This document shows, one piece after another, positions 24,521-36,700 of a DNA stretch of 64,000 nt. Each line of letters starts with the position of its first letter. Positions within the stretch are counted from its first letter, which is position 1. This DNA is from Pavona decussata (Eukaryota): contig CDRNST010000233.1 in NCBI GenBank assembly GCA_977016875.1, forward strand, positions 6,758,001-6,822,000, in the 5' to 3' direction. Below the pieces are notes generated by a model. It saw nothing but the letters and a program-made list of their open reading frames with translations, was not told where the DNA came from and searched no databases. Position numbers and translations under genes: made by a program.

Positions 24521-27500
24521 AACAAAAGGTCTCTTCAGGCTTCTCAAGTTTCTCGCAGTTGGCCTTACGTTAAAAGCTTCTTGGTGTAAAACAAATTTCA
24601 TTTTGTTTGTATAATGCTGTTTTCAAGAAGGCCTTCAGTGCTTGGGTGGTCGAATGGACAAAAGTTGCAAAACCTTGGCAAAGCGAAGGGGTTCCGTGCC
24701 CGGGGATGGGAAGGTGGAAACGTTAACAGCAGAAATTGAACCAATCAATCGTCTTCCTGTGTTACGTTTAGATATCTAAACATCCCACTGACCTAAGGCT
24801 TGAATAACAATTAAATGCCTGACCGACCCTGTATTCACTAAACTACGACGTAGTTGAATAATTCTACCAAGGTCTCTTTCTTCTGCCGTTCATGACCAGA
24901 TGATCTAATTTCAGATCTTAAATGACCGACTTTGATGTAATGTAAATTCTTACCGACGTTGAAGAAGCCAAAATTGCGAATGTCTTCAGTTGACCTTCTT
25001 CAAAGCAGAGTTCTCAGCCGCCAACTTTCTCCACGGTGCTAATTCACGGGCAAGGAAACTAGGCTTTTCACTTCAGGCTGTCTTTTGTTGAAATCTGTCC
25101 CGATATCTTACAACAGTAAAAAGAATTCTGTTGTCTTCCTCTCGGACGTTTACAGAATGAGATTCAATCGCAAACCCATCAAGGTGTTGAAATTGGTTAT
25201 TTGTATTGTTACATAAATACGTCTTCGTCGTTGCCAATCAAAACAATAAAATGGCATGTTCTTTGATTGAGACACAATTGGATCTATTTTCCAATAGCAA
25301 ATATATCATCACATTTCGGTGTGTGGGTTGTTTACTTTTCGGATTTTTTCGGGGTCCGGGGGACACACTTCTGAATCATAGGTAGCAATCTTGTGCCCTA
25401 GGCTTCAAAAGCATACGAAATTCTGGCTTAATTCTGGCAATATGCTCCCCCTACCCTTTATCTCAAATCTGTATCGTAACATCTGCTTTCCATGTCTGTT
25501 CCAACACCCAGAATTGGAACGAACAACATTCCAAGAGAAATCAACTTTTCCATAAATGTTTCACTCTCTCTTTTGCTCGTTATCGAAGTTTCCTTGTGAA
25601 ACCGTTCTGAATCTTGGGTATTATTACTCAAAGCTGGAAAGCACAAACTCGACCACTTCACGCCTAACATGTATCCTAAATCAACATTTCTATTTCTATC
25701 TCACACCTCAGAATCGGTACAAACCTTAGCTTTCAAATTAAATCACCCATTTTATACATGTTTCAATTTATTTTAAGTGAGACTAGTTAATAAATTTATA
25801 TAGCCACTGTTGTATTTATACTGGACTTTGTCAGCCAAACCAGTCTATTTCTAGCCACGTTTAACGGGAAAAAATGGGGTATATAAATGTGGTGGGTTTC
25901 GTTTAAACCTTGTATGAAGCAATAACTGTTATTCCCACCCCCTCCTGTTTCAATTTAGCCAGACTTTTATTTCTTAATATATTTTCATTTCGTCAACAAC
26001 AATCATTGTCCTATTTGTGTCAGAGGTGCATGTCTTAACGAGTCTAACATATACAGTATACAAAACGGAACAAATTTAAGACATTTTATTATAAGAAACC
26101 AAGTCATAAATACAAAAGTAATAGAGGAAAACGTTGAGAATATGCAATGTATGGTCGCATTTATTTTGTTTGCTTGGGACATCGTCTTATTTATATAAGA
26201 CTCAGGTTGGGGTCGACCTTGTCACTTTTAGGTATTTTCAAAGAGAATCGTAATTTCCTGTGGAAACACAATTGAAAGTGACGTATTGTTAGTTCATTCG
26301 ACAACAGTACGTTTGTAATCACTTTATTGCAGCTATAGTTCATCCCATTATTGTTGGTGTAGTTGTAGTTTTTTCCCTTTTCTACCAAAAAAATCACTTT
26401 CGTAACCAATGCAATCAACGCCTTTGGATAAAAATAAACTGAATAATAACTACAAATATTTAAACAGTAAACAGAAGAGTGGATGTCACAACTGACGCAA
26501 CTACTAAACAGCATAACACAGTCGTGACAATATGACTAATAGATCAACAGCTTACAAAACAAATTTCGTTGGCAATTTGCATTTTGCTGATCTCTGCCTT
26601 AATTCCCCTTTGTTTCGAATTGTGTATGGCTATCGCGATTTAATAACTATCGTTTTTCAAAACACCAGCCTGTTTTACATTGTTTCAACACGCCCGTGTA
26701 TCAAAAAAGAAAAACACTTAAAAGAAGTACGAACGTCTGGCTGTCAAAATAAGTGAAAGATGACAATTTAAAAGTCAATATTTGTAATTGATCTTTGTGA
26801 ACAGGAACCAATCTGCAGTGAGCATAACTTTGTCTTTAAATAGCTATCCATTGACCCGGTCTCCATTCAATTTATGAACAATATAAGAAGACTTCACGAA
26901 TTCACCTTTCAAACGATGATTTGTATCGGTTCCTTCTTCAATGTACTTACATGAAATAAATTGCATTGTTCAGTGCATTGTTTAAATTATGTAATTATTT
27001 ATGCAAACATTCTACCCTACCTAAGCCAACATCCACTAAGTGGAATGGCTCTCACAAAAAATAAGAATACGGTCAGACAAAGGCAAATAGTCTGGCCATG
27101 GATTATTAAAACAATGAACAAGAGGAAGTAAAACATTGAAAATATTTGCTATATTCTTTCTGTCTAAACAGGGACAAATAAACTTTCCAAACACTTAACA
27201 CCAATGGCAATTAGCATTTAAAAACTCTGGCTACCGGAACAAATTCCAGGACGTCTTGACGTCTCCAGCTTAAAATTCGGCTTATTATTTGATCAAGAGC
27301 TCTATATACCTTTGGCGGATGGCTTAAGCTACCATAGTGCCAACATTGAAATATTATTTTGCTTCTATTGAAAATTAATCATCTATACAATAAATTTTCT
27401 CGTGTTATGATTTGCTTGTCTCGAAAACGCGGTAGCCCCGCTGGCATGAGCGGCTTTACCCCTCTCAGGATTCAGCGGGAGATTCCCTGTCGGACTTCTG

Positions 27501-27761
27501 TTACGTCATATGATAATTACATTAGCGGTCAAAAAAAACTGTCAACAAACTTGCAAAGCCGATTACTAGAAGTGTTGATGACTTCGCAGGGAAAGGGGTT
27601 CATCTGTCAGTCGGCCTGATTTGTCGGATCGGATGATGTGACATTGTCTCAAACGGAAAACAGAAATGTCAAGTTAATTTAGAACTGAATGTCCATATTT
27701 AGAAACGAGATGGATTTTGCGGGAAAGACGAATCCATTTTCGCTCGTCTCGCGCCAGAGCT

Positions 27762-30700
27762 ATGGCGCGTATTCCAAACGAAGCGAATATGTTTTCGCTT
27801 CATCGCGTTTTTGGCTCTAGTCTCAGCCAGAGGAAGAAATGGTTTTCTCTCTCGAGCCGACTTGTAGGCCGTAAGGTCAGTCAATTTTTAAAAGGAAAGT
27901 TTTTTGAATGCTTTCCGAACGAGATCAGTCGCGTACGAGTCGCCGATCTTTGGCGGGAAAACGGAGAACACGTTCCTTGTGAGTGGTTTGGAGTGCAGAA
28001 CTCCGAAGAAGCGTTCGCGATTACTTTGTTTGGCCTTTGCGGTGGCTTGGTAAAGCTCTGCTCGACGGCAGATGACGGATTTTTGTCGTCCGATGTTTTT
28101 GTGAGCCTTGTTGACAAAATCAACAACTTGGATGTCGGCGAGAGCAGAGCGATCGATGGAACAGCGAATATGGCGATCGATGGAACACCGAAAAGCCAAA
28201 GAATCGCAATTCTCGAGAAGGATTTACAATTCTATCGTGAAAAGGTGAGGCAAACAAAAAATTCAATTGCAAATACTTTGGAAACGCCCCCAACGACACC
28301 ACTGCCTTCTACATCTAGAAAGATGGACACCTTAATCCTGAGTAACATTAATGATAGTTCACTTGGGCCGATCTCCAAGAAAAGAGAGATGCGAACAGTT
28401 TCCAATCTTGCACTTGAGGATATTGACGATGCTTTCCACTCAAGTTATGGACGTCTGGGAGCAATTCTGGGTTATGGATTTATTTATGGCAAGGAGGAAC
28501 ATCAACAGGCAGTGAAGTCAGCCATATCGGAAGCTATAGAGATTGTTGCAGAAAGCAAAGGGCTTGAATCTGCTGCTGAATTAGCTTTTACCCCAGATGT
28601 TAAACAAAAGCAGGAGGCTGCCATGAGAGTTCCTGACTGGGTACAGCTGTACGTGAAACTTGAGACCAAATTGCCTGACGATGGCTGGCAAACAGTTCTA
28701 AATTTCCTTAACCTTGGAAAGAGTGGGGTAAGCTTTCGTTTATGACGTTTGCATTAATTAAATGCATGGTTGAATTCCTCTTTATATTTTTGGTTGATGC
28801 CCAGGCACATAGTCAACTAAAGAGTTAATGATAGTCAATGACAGTTATGCATCAGGAAATTCTAGCTGTGCCCATCCCCCACCCCCCAGGCAGTGGTGGG
28901 GCTTTTTCCCACACTTTCCATCCCGGGGGTCGGGCATTTGTCTTCCACATAATTACCCTGGGGTATTTGACCATCTTACTTTTTTACCTTATAACATAGT
29001 TGCTTCTTCTAATGACCAATTCATTGGCAAATCGCAGTAAGTTTCTTCTAGAATATGTACATTTATAATTATACATAAATTGGATGCTAGCACTGCAGAA
29101 TAACCTATTTTGACACTAAATATGGGAAACAATTCCTAACTGGGACTATAAAATTTGGCCTAAATTACCTTAGATGTTATTGAGAATAAGTTGAGAAACA
29201 AAGAAAATAAAACAGTTTTGAGCGCCTACCCTAGGGCATTCGAACAATGCTTTCGTCCCGGCTGATGGGCATTTGCCAGCTGATTTTCAAAATATCCTGA
29301 TTCCCAGGGGTCGGCCGCATTGGGGGGCAGCATTCTCTTAATTCATCTGCCATTAGTTCTTCCAACAACTGAAGGAAACTGAAGCAGACTGCCTTTCTTT
29401 TTTGCCCCTAAAATTTTATCCATGTAAAATTTTGTAACTTAAAGTGCATCGCCATGTTTGCAATGTTTAAACTCAGCAGGAACCTGACTCAAGAGGCTCA
29501 CAGTAAACTATCCTTGGCTTTCATAAGTTTATTTGAGCCATTTGACCATCCGCCTGATAGGTGATAATGATGGATGATAATATTGTGACGATCATCAACT
29601 AAATATCATGGGCTGTTTCACAGGGCTTAATTTTTATTAAATTTTATTCCACTCTTGTGGCTATAGGTACTGACATTAACCAGAATCTGTAAAGATTTGC
29701 ACTACGTGATCAGTAGCAGTGACACCTAAAACAATGCAAATGAAAATGTGAGAAACCTGATGTGCCCCCACAATCACCCCACAGGCCAGGTTCCCTCACA
29801 GGTCATTTACACCATGGGGAAAAACTGCTGACTGGATTGGTTCACAGTTAACTTTGCCTAAGTAATTAATTTAGCGACATTTTGACCAGATTTATTTTTT
29901 GAAGTATTTAAATTATTATTTTCTTTTTCAATTAAAGAGAGATGGTGACTTGCAATGTCTTCTAACAAAGAACATGATTAAGGCCTGCAGGTCAATGGTG
30001 TTTTCCACGACCCAGTCCGTCGTAAAAATCAGTGCACTGGATCCAGAATGTGGCATAATTGGTTATTCAGTAGGCCTAGGGCAAGCAATCATTTGGGCCA
30101 TTCGTGAAGCCAGACTGCATAATGCAGCACAGCCTTCCATGATTTTTAACATTAAGTTGGATGGACGGCCTTTTGCAGGTATTGTCTTGATTACTTTCAG
30201 TTCAACCTTTCTTGTGAATCACAATTTGTATATCAGTCACAGACAACAACCACAACAACAACTTTAAGCTTTAAGCACCTGTTATAATTTCAATAAAACG
30301 GCGCTTTATTTTTAATATGCATATTGTGTTATTGTCAATTTCACCAGCAAATTGTAGAGTAAGTTCTCAGTACCAAACATCATGATAATAATATTTCACA
30401 TTATATATTTTTTATTTTTTTCCAAATAACAGGAAAAGATCAAGTTTCTGTGGGAGTTGTACCAGTAAATTTTAAACATTCAAGTGCAGAAAGTTGTAGC
30501 TCAGTGTATCCTTTAGCAATTGGAAACTGCAAAGAGAACAGGTAACATATACAGGCTTACAGCTTTGACTTCAAACTTGCAATTCAACTCGATTCCAATC
30601 TAATGTTCAGGTTAAAACTTGTGGTAAATATTGGAATTTTGTTGTTATACCTTCCATGTATTTTACAGGGAAGAATTGCCAAAGCTAATTCGAAGGCTAA

Positions 30701-33700
30701 ATCATGAGAAGAATGCCATTAAGGAAAGTGGTGTTTCAGTTGATGGAAAAGATTACAAGATTAAGTTTGTAGGTAAGGGTTGGACTGACTTATATGATGT
30801 ACACAAAATTTACAATCTCTTATATGTACCATGCATGTTTTGAACTATTAATCTGCTTGAAATTTGTTGCGATATATTATTAATTACAGGAAAGGATAGT
30901 TGAAGAAAATAAATGATTGCAGCTTGTCATTTCAAAGTGGTTGTTTAAGTTTGGTATTTAATATAATATTCATGAACATGTTGTGAATTAAACTCTTTTG
31001 CACAGATCGACACTTTTCAAACCAGTGTTTGTCTTTTTATTGGAGTACAGTATGACCCAAAAATTAAGAATAATTAAACTTTAAGAAATTGACTGTTAAG
31101 GGGTGGAATGAATACTGCCAAATAAGAAATCTTGCAAGCAGATAATATTACTGTTTCTTGTTTAGTGACCCTGGACTACAAATCACTGTTACTTCTGTTA
31201 CGAAGGCTCTGGGAAGATGGAGAAGATGGTGCTCCTTTGAGATCAGTTTTAGGGGGCCAAGGGTTTGATGTGGATTTCTGTGCATTTTGCACAGCTTTGA
31301 GGGTAAGTAAAAGCTATGTTAGAGCCAGATCTTCCTAGCCTAGGTTTATGGTTATGGTTAACCCTATAGTCAATTGTTTTCTTTATGAAAATCAGCTCCA
31401 GTTTCTCATCCTACAAAGAAAAAAAACCCTTTACAGACAGTCAGTTTATTAATAAATGCAATTAAGATAAGCAAGTTGAGAGACAATAAAATGTCACCAT
31501 GCATTTTCCTAAATACTTATCAAGCTGTAACCAAATGTTATTATGGTTAATTATGCAGGCTTGCAAAGAGCATCTATCCGGACGATTTGATGAAACTTGT
31601 CTCACTTGTCTGCAGTCAAAAGCCAACATTGGAAAGTAAGCATGTTTGGTTCATATTGTTTAACTTAAAAATCAATGTTCAGTGAAGAGTGTTGTTAATA
31701 AACAAGATATTTTTAACTTACCTGAACTCAATGCAAGATTAATTTAAGTACTTAATTGTGGCAGTTTTATAGTCATGTGGTGTAATGGTTAGCACATTGA
31801 ATGCAGGACATTAAGGTGTGTGTTCAAGCGCTGTGCCATCGTACTGTCCCCTTTAAAGTCATAGGCAATAGAATCTGCTCAACATTCTCTCTTAACATGT
31901 TAATGAAGTGTTTACTGGTGACACAATAGTATAATACTAACCCTGTGCCAGTGACGTATAAACATCAGGGTGTAGTGTGGTAATTCTCCTGGGTGCTTCA
32001 TTGCTACAGAAAATCATGGGTTATGTTCTGTCTATTTGAGTAATATTAATCCTTGACCTGCATGTACCTTTTGTTATGGAGGAGAAGCTCAACAAGCAAT
32101 TATATTTGTACTCAGATAGAGAAGTATTCTAAAATTATACAATCTCTATGTGAAAGAGAAAAGTTACTAAGTAAACTTGAATGCAAAATGGAGACTATTG
32201 TGAATTCAACGCACAGCCTTTTATTTGCCAATTTTAAGCGTTCATTTTTAGAATTGTGTAAAATTATGTTTTTGGCAGGTGGACTGGATTGAGGGATGAC
32301 CTTGAATTTTTGCTTGATGAAGAACTGTCCCACATACAGCTCTGCTCCCTTCATCAGGAGATGAGAAATACAGAACAGCTGCTTGGTTCCTTAGGACTGC
32401 TGTCTTATCGCATTGGGTCCCTGAAGTCTTGTAATGAAGCTGTCGCAATGTATGGTCCTGAGAACACCAGAGGTTATGACCGTGTTCAAGTGAAGTTGCG
32501 CACTGGCCAACAGACTGCAGTCACTAAGGGTAATATCCATGTCAGCTCTATGTCTGGTAAGATCAATATCTTCTTTCTTTGTGTTAAAAATAATCATGCC
32601 TTTTATTAAAAATCCCAGACATTCCACAACAACTGATTGATTATCATATTGCTCAACTAGGTGTCAGATACATGTACAGTAAGTTTTAGAGACATGGGGA
32701 ATTTAAGAGAACAGTTTAAACCTCATTGCTGGTGAGAGGGGCGTAGGAAATTTCTGTCATATTTCAAATTTGCTTATTTAGTGGTGTAATGATGCTGAGA
32801 CAGATTTGTTTTTTGGTTGTAAATAATTTGCATCCCATTGCTAAAATATCCCCCCCCCCCCCCCACCTCTCAAACAGAAAAGTCAGTTTATCTGTTTTTG
32901 TATTTTCATTGCCATGCTGAAAACCATCTTTACATGCAGTTTTTAAAAATATGATTACTATCTAATGATCATTTATATTATTATTATTTTTGTTTCTTAC
33001 TAGGTTCTACAGAACGAGCTGTTCTCGCTAATTCAGATAGGATTGTGATAGACTCCTTGCCTTTAGAGAAACTCCAGAAGTACTATGCAGAGGTTCCCAA
33101 TAGCTGCAGAGAAGTTGTCTTGGGCTATGTGTCTTATTATGAGAGCATCACATTGGTAAGATTACATAAAGAATTTGCCCAGGGGAAGGATATGCCATTT
33201 TAAAGCTCTATTATGAAGTATGTGCCACTGTAAAGTGTATGTTTTTTCAAGCAGGTTAGTCTTGAAGGGGTTTTGGTCTAGAAAAAAGGAAATATGGGAA
33301 AGGTATCAGTTGTATGATATATTTGTGGGATTAGCTGGTTAATATTTAGTCTTACATATGGTGGCAATTTCATTTTTGGTGCCTAGGGTAGGGTTTCAAA
33401 ATGTAGCTGAACATGGTCTGGTACATGGCCTAAGGGCTTCAAGGACCAGTTGCACATTCCTGGACCCAACAGTTTATAGTGTCCCCCACCCAGGAGAATT
33501 TCTGAAATGAACAAAACAAATACTTTTCACTGAGGAAAGAAAAACAAGAAAATAAGAAAAAATATAGTATACCATACATGTACCTTTAATTCCTGTACTA
33601 GAAAACTATAACACACAGTTTATAGTGTCCCCCACCCAGGAGAATTTCTGAAATGTACAAAACAAATACTTTTCACTGAGGAAAGAAAAACAAGAAAGTT

Positions 33701-36700
33701 AGAAAAAATATAGTATACCATACATGTACCTTTTATTAAAACTAAAACAGTAATAACTAGTTTCTGTATGTTTCAGTTCTCTTCTACTTGAGGATTTCCA
33801 AGTGTGACAAACCTAGTATACCTACATTTAGTAATATACATTTTAAACACATTTGGTTTATATGGGATAACGTGCATGGGATGGTTTCTCAGAGTGGTTT
33901 TTGATTACAAGTTGATGTCACCAAAAGTTGAAAGAACTGACTAGCTTTGTTGATTATGGTTAAATTGAGATATGCTTAGAGCATCGAGAAATAAGCTTTA
34001 TGTCTTTATTAAAGATATGCTGTTTTCTATCTAGTTCTTGTCTGTCTGAATGGTGAAGGCATGACACTCTTTTGTTAAAATGAAACCTGGCAAGGTTTAA
34101 AGTCTCTCAGAGCGATTGGAGTAAGGCTAATCCTACTTTCCTACAGGCTACTGAATGCAAAATGTACTTGACAGTTACTTTCAAATGAAGTTTGACCTGT
34201 TCTTTTTTTTTTTTTTTTTTTCAGTATGTGAAGGCAATTTTGGACAGTGGGATATTCACACGAGACTTTGGCTCAAAACAGGAAACTGTTTGCCTGAATG
34301 ACACACTAGGTGAACAATTGTGTCTTTTAATTCTAAGTTAGAACAGTGAACTGAAATGTGCAATGGCATAAAAAGCAACATTAAAAGCTTGTATTTTAAA
34401 TTCCTTATAAGTTGTTTAATTGAATAATACATGTGCAAATGTGCTGAACTGGATCCTAATAATCATTGTTGTCCTGGCGCAATACAATCTTTCTCATGAT
34501 TTGGAAATTTAAATTCCACAACACTTGATTGCTGGCCATCAGGCAGCGGGTGACTAGCATTTGAAACATGCTTACCATAGACATCATTATTACCCTACTA
34601 TTATCTCTTTTCATTCATGAAGTTTGTTAACTTGTTTGTTTATGTGTTTTTGTTTTTTAAGCACTAAAGGAGTTCCTTACTGAATCTCACGACAAAGCAG
34701 TGGAAATTCAGAGTGACATAGAAGAGAGGTTTTTGGCAAGTGAACAAAGTGATGCATGTTTGAAGCCCCCTAAAAAGAAGAAGAGATCAAATTCCTCAAA
34801 GCCGAAGGATACTACATGTACCCAAGATGCCATGGCAAACCTGGCTGCTCAGCTTCAACTAGATCATTTTAGAAAGGTTAGTAAATAATACTAGTTCATC
34901 TTGGCTTCAAAAGAGACAGCTGCAATCTTTCTTCTCAATGTTTTTCCAAGCACATGTTAAATAAATAAGTATTTATAAAACTGTATTACTTTTATTATTG
35001 TTTTGCTCATTGGTTAACACAGACTTTTGGATCATCTTTTCCTTTTGTTTTTATCAAGGTTTTCTTGGAATGGAAAGTCATCAGTTTCACAATTCGAGAC
35101 ACTATTTTTGCAGTGGATGAAGAGGACCAAATTGACATACATGATGTTAAGGTGCATTGAATAGATCTCATACAATAATTAAATATGGTTATTATATATT
35201 TTTAACTTTGGGATGTGTTTATGACTAATCAGGACAGTACTGATTCATACTCAGTTTGACACCACTAACACCTCTCAAACCCAGTTTGGACCAAATGTTC
35301 CAAGTTACCTTCTTGAAACCTACAACTTGAGCTATACCCTGGATGGCCACCAGTTACTAGATTAAAAAAAAATAATTGAATTAAATTAAAGTTCAGGGTG
35401 ATACAATTTGTATCTTCATGTGCACAGACATTGACATGTATTATAAAGTGTGACTGTGTATGACATACAAATTCATTTGTTTCTCTGTAGTGCAAACTAT
35501 GGGGTTTTCTTCTACGACATCTCTTTGGAGTCACACTTGGAATGGGCGATTATGCTCACTTAACTGTGGATCACAGTGCCATGTTGTTTCGACAGCATCG
35601 TTCTTTTCGCCTTTTCTCGAATCAGGGCTTTGAAGCTTCCCACAAAGAGCAGAGAATGCTATATTCCCGTGCTACAAACCATGATTCTTCAGCTGAAGGA
35701 CAGTCAAGTGAGTGACATTTCTGTTTTTTTTATCTTGTGACATTATGTGTGTAAAAAAAAAGGGGAAAGGCAAAAATACACTGTAGGTGTAAACAAAATG
35801 CTACCTTATGTAATTGCACCCTAAAATAAATAATGATAACAGTATTCATAAACTTCTTTATCCATTTAAAATTTCATGCAGCATCTCTTTTGATCAGTGA
35901 ATTAAGACATAACATTTGTAAAGGTGGAAATGGCCGTTGTTGGGTTGACTTATCAACGATTAATTTTTCAATGCCATTTTAGTTCAACAGATCCTCACAC
36001 ACTGGTATGCTGAAAGGCTGCTCTGGATTAGGTACCAGTTTGTTCAAGCCCAGCAGTGTATAGCAAAGGGTAAGCAACTAACATGTTACTTACATGACTC
36101 TGTTGTCTTGATTTTTGTTGGGTAAAAGTTTACCAAAAGCAACAGAACCACTGGGACATAAATTTGCCTCTGTTCAATTCCTAATACTTTGCTTATTTTT
36201 TATTTATTTATTTTTTTTGGTATCAGTTTCGTTCAAGCCAGCAGTTTATAGCAGGGGCTAAGAACTTATTTCACATTTGTTTTTTTTTTCACCTTTAGTT
36301 AAAAGGAGACCTCTTTAGGGGATATCATATTATGAATTAAGTTTTGTTAAGATAGCAACTGCATTAAATTAGTTTTTCTTAAATTATCAGGCTATATAAA
36401 ATATTTTATGGTTTAAGTTGCTTCCCAGCTAAAAGCTGTGTTGTATGCAATGGAATAAGAAATGTTTGTTTGTCTTCAAGGTAAACAATTTGCTTTTCGT
36501 GGCTGTGGATGGAGAAACGCACGAGTCTCTTGGACTGAGGACGATAAGGTTTGGATAAGACTGATGGCAGATCTTTTTGTGAAGCTCTTTGGGGAGGACT
36601 ACCTGAAGTATGTATACTCCCCAGACCATGGGACACGCATAGAGGAAGTGTCCGATCCCAGAAGAAGCTTCACCTATGATCATGATGACTGGGAGGCTTC

